The notes under the pieces: model-generated
Database searches by the model: none
What the model saw: the letters and a program-made list of their open reading frames with translations, nothing else
Told to the model about the DNA's origin: nothing
Program-made: the position numbers and the translations under genes
Shown: positions 25,801-37,800 of the stretch, piece by piece
Numbering within the stretch: position 1 is the first letter of the stretch
How the letters are laid out: every line of letters starts with the position of its first letter
NCBI GenBank assembly: GCA_950097015.1
Contig: CATNEN010000039.1
Location: forward strand, 17,732,001 to 17,796,000
Source of the DNA: Macrostomum hystrix
Lineage: Eukaryota > Animalia > Platyhelminthes
Direction of reading: 5' to 3'
Length of the DNA: 64,000 nt

Positions 25801-28800
25801 ACGGTACTGTAGGAATAAGACAAAAATTTTTTATACGGTACCATGGGGATAAGCACTGCTTTGTCTGATATCAGTTATCACCATTACAAAGGAATTTTTT
25901 GGAATTACTAAACTTGTATTGCAATGTACAAGTCATCACAATTGTCACATGCAACCGTCATTAAAGACGATTCCGTAACGACCATGCCACTTATAAGAAA
26001 CGTTCGCGGTGCTTAATTGCTTATTGCACCGAGGAGGAGCGGTTCAGAATGTCCTGTTTTACAACGCCGAGACCTGGACGTTGCATTGGAATGTATGCAG
26101 TTCATGTACATGTAATATATATGTAATGTATGTGACTGCGACTGGGTACGCATAAAACCTGGCCATCACTGAGCATCGGCTCAGAATAACAAAATCTATA
26201 TATTATTGTGGAACGAGCATTACATAGTATTTTTTCAAGAGCTCAGAAGTTGTGTCGTATGTTTAAGATCGAATAACAAGCAATAAACATTTAATAAAAT
26301 ATTATTTCCTAGCACTTAAAAAATCTTAATTGCTATAAATTACTTTTCATTAATAAAAGAAATAATGATTTGTTATTCTGAACCGATTCCAGGCTAGTGA
26401 TGCCCTACTGCAACTCTGATCTCAAAGAACTACATTGTACACTTCACTTTGCATGCAATTGTGAATTGAACAAATATATCATTTGAGATATGTGCATGTA
26501 TGTACAAAGTGCTTCGAATCACATTTATATATGCGCACTCATTTCAGTGATACGAGCTAATAAGTAAGTCAAGCATGCAGTGCAGATGGTCACATGTGTG
26601 CATGTTGACCGTGCACACAAGTATGGCTTTGAGTGAACGGCTGCCGTGCACGCAAGTATGGCTTTGAGCGAACGGCTGCCGTGCACGCAAGTATGGCTTT
26701 GGGCGAACGGCAGCCGTGCACGCAAGCTCTTCGATTTTTTTTACAACCCTCATATGATGATTTAAAATATGACAATTTCAGCCGGAGCCCAAGAGATTCC
26801 TCAACATGCTTAATATTTAAATTAATCAATATGAATTACTATTCTTCTATAGGGTAAAACATCATCAACCGAACAGTGCATCATCAAACCCGAACATGGA
26901 TGTAGCTTTACTATTTGTTGTCTTGCCATGAAATAATATGATGCTTTTTTTCCCAAGACCCCTCAAATAAAAGAAGAGTTTAATACCTACACGATGATAT
27001 CTCTCCTATCTCAGAACTCTGAGTAAGAAAAATGATATCGCTATTTATCAGCAAGAAAATTTCCAAAAATGTAATTTCTACGAAATGTTGATGTTTTCCA
27101 TGCTTGTAGGAAAAGTTCAATAACTTTCTTAATTGTTAATAGATTTACAAAACTTGCACCTCGATGAACTCTACACAAAATTATCTTTCATTTCACCATA
27201 GAAACTTGCAACAAAATAGTTCCACTAGTATGACAAATACTCTGTTCGGTTGATGATTCATTTTTTTCATTTGGTTCGGTTTTCAAATGTATGCATCATC
27301 AAACCGAACAAAAAAATCATCAAACCGAACAGGAACAAAAAAGCTAAATGATGTGTCTTTGGGCTTGCTTAAGATTCCCTCCGAAAAATAATGCCTTTGC
27401 ACAACATTTATGTCTACAGGAAAGAAACAATGTGCAAAAAACATGCAGAGTTTTGTTTTAAATTTTGACTTGAAAATGTTTGACATTTTATCAACCGGTT
27501 TTTTACATTCGAAGATGTCAAATGTGCTACTTTCTACTGGCAGTAGCAAGAAAGATCATCGCAAATGTTTCAACTTTACTTTGTGCTAGTGCCAAGAATA
27601 ATACTGGGGCAGTAGCCTCTTGCCTCATGCTACCAGTGGAGGGTGGGAGGGTAAGCTGGAAGTGGTGGGAGGGTGAGGGAAGGGGTGGGAGGGTGAGGGA
27701 AGGGGTGGGGGGTGAGGGAAGGAAGGTTATCGAAAAAAAGTTCAAATGAAAGAATATTTCAGGATCACTTTTGTCAATTAGACATAAAAACGTTGTGTTG
27801 TTTCAAGATAAAGCTGGCATGTGTTGTAAGTAGGCCTGTTACCAAGCATTTATATATATATTGTTTTGTTTGCACCTGTAGGCCTAGTATGAGAATAAAC
27901 TTATTGTTAGTAAGCATAGCAGCATGAAAACTAAGGCAAAGCTGATACAATACAATTTAGCATATGCAATTTTTAGCATATTCTAAAAAATGCTCGTTAA
28001 AAACTGCAATAAATAATGGGGATGGTGCAAAAAATAAATTTGAATTGAATAGGTGCAGAGAAACTCAGTTTAAAAAATGTACCTAATTAAGAAATGATTA
28101 GAATTCACTAATATACGCTCGTACATATCAAATTAAGTAATTGCAGCATGCTCATCGCAGATAGAAATTAAAATTTACGTAAATATACATACTATATTGA
28201 CAAAGAGCATGTAGCCTTTAAACAATGACTGAAAGGACGTGGTGGGCCTAGTCTATGCAAAAGAGAAGAAAGAATTTTTAAAGATGTGGTGTATTTATCA
28301 CTTTGCGAAACAGAAGACGTAGACATGTTAGGGGGTGGGAGAGTGAAGGAATATGAGAGGGAATCGGAGAGGTGCCATGGAGAGGCAAAGGGGAGATGTT
28401 GGAGAGGGGAGAGTGTATTGGGAATGGAATGAAGAGGAAAGGGAGATGTAGAGGAGGGTGGGAAATTGGAAATGTGGTGGAGGGATAGGAGATGGGTGGG
28501 ATGGGGGAGAGCAGAATGACGGCTTAATGAGTTCTTGCACTGCAAGAGAGATAAATGGAATTGATATGAACTAATGATGTACGAATCTTCAGGACATAGG
28601 CCCATTGTTTCGTTTCCTGTCAGTCATTGCCTAACTATTGGTAATGGCTTTTCTGCCGCATTCAAGAATTAAAACATGGCTTCAGGATCTTCAATCATTG
28701 TTCAATGTACATAGATTTTGCTCTGAGCAGCCATCAACTCGGTGTGCGTCCAGATCCACCCGTGGGCCCTTCCAATGGATTGAGCTGGAGGCGGCAATGG

Positions 28801-31800
28801 GGCAAGCTCGCTCACCTTCGCCGGAAAGATATCGTCTTCTGCTGGGAAGATAAACGGCCGGCGTCCACGCGCGATCCACTCGGTGATTGATAAGTCACAC
28901 GCGGAAACGACGGCTAGCTGATCATCAAGCTGTTGAATCCGACAAGGGTAAAACTTCCAGTGCGACTTTCCCCGCAGCTTGGCCTCCACAGCAACAAGAG
29001 CCCAGCCGCCTTCACACAGAGACGCTGCAGGAGTCGCCGGCGAGGATGCCGGCTGAGCGCACTTGGGTAGCAGTGGCAGGTAATGCAGTTCGGGGATGTG
29101 CGCTACCCTGAATGGCGGTCCACTGTGCTTGGCGCGGAGTGGCACAATTTTGATCGGTGTGGATAGTCCAGGCTGGTACACATGAACGGCTCGATTTAAT
29201 GCATTTGCTAATCCTGTGATGGCAACATGGTCGGCATATGTTCCCGAGCGACGCATTCCATGAATGTAAGTCTTAAAATCAGACTCCAGAAAGTCGGTTA
29301 CAGGAGTGCCGTTGATGATCGGATTTGATACTAATTGGTCGCAGGACTGCTGGCGGAGCTGCATAGCACCTACATCAGAGCCCTCGGCGTGCAGCAGCTG
29401 TTGAATGGATTCAAAAAAGCAGTCTCCAAATTGTTTTGTCTGGCCTAGGACGCAGTCTAATGAATTGGCCCTAGCCAGAAGCATAGAAAGACACTCGCTT
29501 CGGTCGACTCGCTTCGCTGACCCGCCTGACTTCATCTGCTCAGCAACTTTCCTTTGCTTGGTCGCCCAATCTTTATCTTTCTTTCGTGCGTTGAGCTGTC
29601 GTGTAGCTGAACGAATTTTTTTCGCATCTTGCAACGCTCTCCGCTTGTTGGCCTTTATTCGCAGAAAAGACAAGGTTGATCGACTTGTCAGATTTGAATT
29701 CGGAATGTCCTGGTACACCGATTTTCTTCGTTTCGAGCTGAAGGCCTGCTCTGCAGTGGCTTTCCTCTTGCTGCCCAGCTGTAATAGCACTTCAGCCGCG
29801 GCCTCTGCAGCAGCGGACACAGATTCCAGGCGACAGAAGGAACCTGTTGATTGTGTAGGTACATGTAAGGTATTAAAGCATTTGTAGAACTTCGAATTTC
29901 GAACTTCGAAAGCATTAATTATTATTCAGGGCATCGCCAAGTTTTTTAGCTCGGGCAAGCGGACCGCCACTCCCTCAACTAGCGCCCTGAAGGACAGGGG
30001 CACAGCCACTGCAAAGGACCGGGGACAGCTAGCGACATTCAAAGACCAAGAAGGAAGCAGCCGCACCTTGCAATGCTCGTATCTCAAAATTGTTTTTGCT
30101 ATCAGCTATAGGCCTATAAGATTGCTATTAATTATTATCTGCTTACCTCGATCAATGAACTAAGCTACTACAAGGATAGTCATATTCAATTTAAACAGCA
30201 ATTGACTGGGGAAATTCAGTGTCAAGGAACGAAAAAAGTCGAGTTCCTGTTTTTGCTCTTTTGTCAGCTGAATCTTTTTACTATTTTATAGTTAAATCTT
30301 TATATGTATTATCAACGGGATTGATGGGGCATTGGCCTAATGGGATTAAGGTCTTTAGGTGAGAACTGGTGATATAAATGAATTGGCGGATGCGTTAAGG
30401 TTTTTAGGTTGCGCGCAACTGGGATTTTCAACCTATTCCTGTTAAAGGACACGCGGACTGGATTTACAGACACAGACACAGGGCTGGATTTAGCCACTCA
30501 GGTAGGGGCCTAACATTCAACATTCAACAATATATATTTCATATTTTGTTTTTCCTGGCGTCCCTTGTGTTTTTACTGCTCTTTTTTTAATACCTTTTCT
30601 TTTCCCTTCCCAGCTCGATAGTTAAATCCTACAAAACTTCGTTTTTTACGTCATGTTTTTTGTTGTCCATTAAAATATTTGTTGTCAAAAATATATATAA
30701 AGGAAGCAAAAATCAGCACCCATAGATGGCGTGCGCGTTTCAATAATAATAATAATAATAATAATGCAGCCATAAAAGAGCACCCTGTATTAACCCGTCA
30801 CAAAATACCCGTTAGTTATCAATTCAGTTAGGAATTTAAAATAGATCAAGCGATCGATAATGACTGAGACTGATTCTTTTCCATGCATTGTACATTCTGT
30901 GAACATCTACATATAGTACGAGTAGTTTGCTTTTCGTACTTAATGCTTTACTAAAGGCAAATATGTATGAGTAGAAGGCTTACCTGCAGGTCCCTCAAAA
31001 TCAGATTCCGACTCGCACATCTCGAATGTCGATTCAGTGGATTCGTCTGATGACGACTGCATGTGAGGTGGACAATTGGTTGGCGAATGCCATTGCGAGC
31101 TGCTGGCTGCCGGAGGAGGCGGGCTGTTGGCGGCTGCTGGCGGCGGATGCGGGCTGCTCGCTGTCGACGGAGACGGGCTGCTGGCTGCCGGCGGATGCGG
31201 GCTGCTGACTGTCGGTGGATGCGGGCTGCTGACTGTCGGCGGATGCGGGCTGCTGGCTGTCGGCGGTGGCAGGCTGCTGGCTGTCGGTGGAGGCGGGCTG
31301 CTGGCTGTCGGCGGTGGCAGGCTGCTGGCTGCCTGCGGATGCGGGCTGCTGGCTGTCGGCGGAGGCGGGCTGCTGGCTGCCGGCGGATGCGGGCTGCTGG
31401 CTGTCGGTGGAGGCGGGCTGCTGGCTGTCGGTGGAGGCGGGCTGCTGGCTGTCGGCGGTGGCAGGCTGCTGGCTGCCTGCGGATGCGGGCTGCTGGCTGC
31501 CGGCGGATGCGGGCTGCTGGCTGTCGGCGGAGGCGGGCTGCTGGCTGCCGGCGGATGCGGGCTGCTAGCTGTCGGCGTAGGCGGGCTGCTGGCTGTCGGC
31601 GGAGGCGGGCTGCTGGCTGCCGGCGGATGCGAGCTGCTGGCGGGCATTGTCTTGTGCGAACTGTCAAGAAGGTAGCTCTCCGCAGAGTCGTCAGAACTTG
31701 CAACGTGCTCGTCGCAGGGTCTGTCGCATCTGATGTTTCCTGTCAGAAGAAACAGAAGCTGCCGAAGCTTTCTGTCTTCTTCCTGCAGGCTATCGGACTC

Positions 31801-34800
31801 CGTTTGCAGCCGGTAGAGCTTTTCTGCTCCAAAAACCAGCTCGAAACACAGCTCCACAGATCCTCCGACAGTCTGGCAGGTCTTCGTTGCCTTTGGGGCC
31901 GATGCCGGCATCTGTGATCCAAGATGTCCATTTTCCAAAGTGCCGCTCTCGCTTTCAGCAGCGCTGGCCTTACAGAGCTTATCGAAAGCAGGTGCACATG
32001 GGTTTCGGGGATAAATCCCACTCTTTCGGAAACCGGCTGCAATGTTGGATGCACTGGCCTTGCGTGTAATGACGTCTCGGAATAGCTGCACGAACTGCTG
32101 TCTGCTGATGCAGCCGCCGATTTCAGCCTGCCGTGACCTTTCAGCGAGTAATTCACGCCAGCCGCATTTCACCGGGCGAAAAACGGCCAAATCCAGGGGT
32201 TGCATTACGTGAGTAGCATTTGGCACAAGGCCGTAAAGCACCACCCTCTCCTCACGCAAAAAATCGAGCAGATCAACGGCAAGGCGAGAATCATGAAGAT
32301 CCGTAAAAAGAACTACTGGACGGCGCACATTTTCTCGTACGAGAAACGGCACAAATGTCTCGCGAATGAAAGCATCGAATCCGGCCGCTGTCATCCATCC
32401 GTTAGGCGAAAATGCGTAGTGGCAATCGGAAGGTAGATGGTCAGTTTTCTGCTGAACTTTTCCCGGAAAGACAAAGCGAGGTGGCAGGAGCTGTCCAGAG
32501 CATTGAACGGCCACTAGCACCGTCGTGAACTTCTTGTCGCTGCCGTGCACCTTTTGAACGACGTTCAGCATCCCTTTGGGAGCTAACACGGCCTGCGACT
32601 TCATTCCTTGCGGAACGGCGATCTCATCGCAATTGAAAATTCTCGTTGGATCTTGCAAGGCTCCATCCAGAAGTTCAGAAGTCTCGAAAGCTGCGAGGTC
32701 TGCAAACCAGCTCTTGATTCGAGCTTCAGTGACAATTGTTCGGGCAGGGTTTGCAGCCTGTGGTACCCTCACTGCTATCTCGGGATGCCGCCGCAGGAAT
32801 CCGTCCAACCAGCCGCGAGTAGGAGTGCTCTCGCTCTGTGAAAAAACGAGGAATGCAAAAAAGTATTTACAACTTTGAAGAGACATCTAATGCCTGAATA
32901 TAAGAGGAAGTAAGAGGGGAAGCCTGAAGTAGACCTGGGAAGAGAGGAGAATCCTGAAGTAGACCTGGGAAGAGAGGAGAAGCCTGAGGTTGACCTGAGG
33001 AGAGAGGAGAATCCTGAGGTTGACCTGGGAAGAGAGGAAAAGCCTGAAGTGGACCTGGGAAGAGAGGAGAATCCTGAAGTAGACCTGGGAAGAGAGGAGA
33101 AGCCTGAGGTTGACCTGAGGAGAGAGGAGAATCCTGAGGTTGACCTGGGAAGAGAGGAGAAGCCTGAAGTGGACCTGGGAAGAGAGGAGAATCCTGAAGT
33201 AGACCTGGGAAGAGAGGAGAAGCCTGAGGTTGACCTGAGGAGAGAGGAGAATCCTGAGGTTGACCTGGGAAGAGAGGAGAAGCCTGAAGTGGACCTGGGA
33301 AGAGAGGAGAAGCCTGAAGTGGACCTGGGAAGAGAGGAAAAGCCTGAAGTGGATCTGGGAAGAGAGGAGAAGCCTGAGGTTGACCTGGGAAGAGAGGAGA
33401 AGCCTGAGGTTGACCTGGGAAGAGAGGAAAAGCCTGAAGTGGACCTGGGAAGAGAGAAGAAGCCTGAGGTTGACCTGGGAAGAGAGGAGAAGCCTGAGGT
33501 TGACCTGGGAAGAGAGGAAAAGACTGAAGTGGACCTGGGAAGAGAGAAGAAGCCTGAGGTTGACCTGGGAAGAGAGGAGAAGCCTGAGGTTGACCTGGGA
33601 AGAGAGGAAAAGCCTGAAGTGGATCTGGGAAGAGAGGAGAAGCCTGAGGTGGACCTGAGAAGAGAGGAGAAGCCTGAGGTTGACCTGGGAAGAGAGGAGA
33701 AGCCTGAGGTTGACCTGAGGAGAGAGGAGAATCCTGAGGTTGACCTGGGAAGAGAGGAGAAGCCTGAAGTGGACCTGGGAAGAGAGGAGAAGCCTGAAGT
33801 GGATCTGGGAAGAGAGGAGAAGCCTGAGGTTGACCTGGGAAGAGAGAAAAAGCCTGAAGTGGACCTGGGAAGAGAGGAGAAGCCTGAGGTTGACCTGGGA
33901 AGAGAGGAAAAGCCTGAAGTGGACCTGGGAAGAGAGAAGAAGCCTGAGGTTGACCTGGGAAGAGAGGAGAAGGCTGAGGTTGACCTGGGAAGAGAGGAAA
34001 AGCCTGAAGTGGATCTGGGAAGAGAGGAGAAGCCTGAGGTGGACCTGAGAAGAGAGGAGAAGCCTGAGGTTGACCTGGGAAGAGAGGAGAAGCCTGAGGT
34101 TGACCTGGGAAGAGAGGAGAAGCCTGAGGTTGACCTGGGAAGAGAGGAGAAGCCTGAGGTTGACCTGAGGAGAGAGGAGAATCCTGAGGTTGACCTGGGA
34201 AGAGAGGAGAAGCCTGAAGTGGACCTGGGAAGAGAGGAGAAGCCTGAAGTGGATCTGGGAAGAGAGGAGAAGCCTGAGGTTGACCTGGGAAGAGAGAAAA
34301 AGCCTGAAGTGGACCTGGGAAGAGAGGAGAAGCCTGAGGTTGACCTGGGAAGAGAGGAAAAGCCTGAAGTGGACCTGGGAAGAGAGAAGAAGCCTGAGGT
34401 TGACCTGGGAAGAGAGGAGAAGCCTGAGGTTGACCTGGGAAGAGAGGAAAAGCCTGAAGTGGATCTGGGAAGAGAGGAGAAGCCTGAGGTGGACCTGAGA
34501 AGAGAGGAGAAGCCTGAGGTTGACCTGGGAAGAGAGGAGAATCCTGAGGTTGACCTGGGAAGAGAGGAGAAGCCTGAGGTGGACCTGAGAAGAGAGGAGA
34601 AGCCTGAGGTTGACCTGGGAAGAGAGGAGAAGCCTGAGGTTGACCTGGGAAGAGAGGAGAAGCCTGAGGTTGACCTGGGAAGAGAGGAGAAGCCTGAAGT
34701 GGACCTGGGAAGAGAGGAAAAGCCTGAAGTGGATCTGGGAAGAGAGGAGAAGCCTGAAGTGGATCTGGGAAGAGAGGAGAAGCCTGAAGTGGATCTGGGA

Positions 34801-37800
34801 AGAGAGGAGAAGCCTGAAGTGGATCTGGGAAGAGAGGAGAAGCCTGAAGTGGACCTGGGAAGAGAGGAGAAGCCTGAAGTGGACCTGGGAAGAGAGGAAA
34901 AGCCTGAAGTGGATCTGGGAAGAGAGGAGAAGCCTGAGGTGGACCTGAGAAGAGAGGAGAAGCCTGAGGTTGACCTGGGAAGAGAGAAGAAGCCTGAGGT
35001 TGACCTGGGAAGAGAGGAGAAGCCTGAGGTTGACCTGGGAAGAGAGGAAAAGCCTGAAGTGGACCTGGGAAGAGAGAAGAAGCCTGAGGTTGACCTGGGA
35101 AGAGAGGAGAAGCCTGAGGTTGACCTGGGAAGAGAGGAGAAGCCTGAGGAAGTATAGTGCATGCTGTTGCGCTTGCAGTTCAACCAATTTTTTTAATTAA
35201 GTAGCCAAGGCCCACTTGTGCATGTATAGGCCTACTGGTTCTTTGCCTAGGCCTAGGCCTACTGTAATGGCTACTACGCAATAGTCTATTTTATGAAGCT
35301 TACCTCGATCTGACGTAAGCCACTTCGATCTTCGCTGCTGGACATTTTGGCGATCGCATTTGTTGCCATTTGCAGAAGCTGCTTTCTGCCAATCGGAAGC
35401 TGCTGCAGAGCTGCTTGTTTTATTGTTCTGCTAAACAATTGCTCCTCTGCTTCTGTAAAGTAGCGCTTGCTGGTGTTTTTTGGGGCGGGCTTCTCGCCAT
35501 TTAAATGCTTGCTAACTCTGTCGTACAGTGTTGTGGATGGCACCGAAAAACTGTTGGCAACATTTCGATAGTCGCCATCGAGTCCTTGATTTAGTCGGGT
35601 CAATACGCTTTCAAAGGCTTCCTTGAGCCGTTTCTCTCTCGGCTCTTTTTTTCGCAGTCTCACTGGACCAAACATGATGGCTGGCCCAAAGTCGGCAACT
35701 CGGAGCACAAAAATAGAATTTTAATAACTTGATTGAATTAGGCCTAGTAGAAGCAGGTAGGATTTAGAGTTTAGTAGGACTGGGGCCTCATTTCATATAT
35801 TTTTATAATCCCCAGTCTAGGTGGGAAGTCAATGCAACTTCCTTATTGGTCCCGCTCGCTCAGGCTTGTTGAGCCCAGCCAATAGGATTTAGGCCTAGCC
35901 GCTGAAGCAAAAGTTTCCTACTGAGGCCTCCAGCCTCCTGGTAAACTTACAGCAAACTTCAAGTCAGAAATAAATCTTTTCTTAGGCCTATTTTACACAA
36001 ATTAGCTCACTTTTGTGTCCTTTATATGATTGCACGATCGATATATTTAAAGGCCCATGGTGACGTAGTTCTCCACTGAAGGACCGGAGGACAGGGGTAG
36101 CGGACTGAAGGACCGGTGGAAGAGTAGCAGCTAGCTCCCATGCACCTTGTTGCCATTATGGGTTGCGACTCCTATTGAAGGGCCGGATTTTGATGCGTAC
36201 TTTTACACGTCTCAGAATAAGCGCGCTGGGGAGAAGCGCGTTATAGAAAAAGTGTTAGAATAAGCGCGCAACAGTTTTTAGGCTCAACTGGATTTGGACC
36301 GGAAAATAGGCCTAACTTTAAAAAGTGATTGAAATGCTTAAACTAAGGCGATTCTATTTTCTCCTTTTATGCTACCATATTTAGGAATCAAGCTGCTTGC
36401 AATACTTCGCCTGCTGAAGGCGCGGCGCGGCAGCAGTTCTACTGGTGTGACGCTGCTGGGGCGTATAAGATAGGGGAATATGGGGATATACCTCCCACTT
36501 CAGCCATACACAATGGTGCCTTACTCCCTCAAAGTCTCCAAAACCCACCTGTTTCACACGGCGCTCAAATTTTTCATGAGCGCCCACCTGTTTCAGTATC
36601 TGGCGCCCACCGCACAAGTGTTTTTCTCGTGCCCCATCATAAATTATCCCCCCACTCCGAATCTCCATGGCTACACCCCTGTGACGCTGACTCTCAAGAT
36701 AGGTTTGCGTCATTACATGCAGTTCCAAAATCTTTCTAACTGAGAGAGCAGACTGAGAGCTTCACAGAAAAGTCGCCTGTGGGGGAAGGCTGGATTTTTT
36801 GTGGGGCGTTATTAGGTCGTTACTAGGCCTATAGGCCTAACCACCTCAGAATCGACCCGTTCAATTTATACATGTTGCTCAACTCAGCTCAAAAATCATG
36901 CGAAAGTTGCTAAAATCCCAATCTCAATGAACACCTGGCCCTGTTGCTCCTGAGCTTCAGAATGGATTCTCGTTTCGTTTTTCTCACAAAGGTGCTATAG
37001 GGGCCTAAAAGCCTTCTATTCATCACTGACACTTGAAAGTCAAAAATGTGGTCATCCTTTTTGCTCTTACTTAAGTTGCTAAATCCTTAAATCACACTGG
37101 GTGGCCTAGTTCAATCAATGCGACGCGCTAAAATGGCAACGCAATCGCAACGTTGGGCTTGATATCAAAAGCCTGTCTTTGCCCTGATCTTTTGTGGCCT
37201 ACCTTATTACGTAAGAAAAGGCAAAACCAAAGCCATACCTTATCATATTGTTCAAAAGCACAGATGCATTCTTCATTTCGTTTCTTAGGCCTAGGCCTAT
37301 GTGTGTTCTCCCCCATGCTGTGCGATTCAAATTGCATTTCGAGAAATCTCCCCGCGGGCTCATGATGATGACTAAAAAAATGGGATCCAAGTTGAACTGC
37401 AGCTCAAAATGTGTGAATTACGGACCTTTAGGCATAGATAGGGCCTAGGCTTTAAGTTTCCAAATGAGTTCGCAGCGAATTTTTTGCTGGCTTAATGTCA
37501 CTTGTACTAGTGCCATATGTAGGCTAGGCGGTGACTGTGTGACGATTAGGCTTAAGTCCATAGCCAATCTGAAGCCAAGATTTCTGAAGCCAGCCAAGAC
37601 TCTCATCTGCATCCTGCACTCCAGTTTCTCTGATTTTCATCCACAGTGGCGGATCAAGGAGCAGGAGGGCATATAGCGGATCCAGTTGGCTGGGGGCGGC
37701 AGAGGGTTAGCGGGTCCAGGGAGCGGGGGCAGCAGAGGGTTAGCGGATCCAGGGAGCGGGGGGCGGCAGAGGGTTAGCGGGTCCAGGGAGCGGGGGGCGG

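Larger units (their letters stand above)
24747..26733. mobile_element. Foldback/MULE-like non-autonomous element, ~330-bp TIRs, 9-bp TSD ATTTTTTTT
   Basis: 24747-25079 is the reverse complement of 26407-26733 plus 26132-26143; TSD at 24738-24746 and 26734-26742. Confidence 0.85.

Noticed and set aside
28702-29820. OTU ORF as a stand-alone cargo gene
   Set aside because: It starts at GTG with no ATG and is preceded by a phase-matched splice acceptor at 29844, so it is better explained as exon 3 of the transposase.
32775-35187. 700-800-aa repeat ORFs on both strands
   Set aside because: Artefacts of a stop-free 30-bp array lying inside a GT-AG intron of the transposase.
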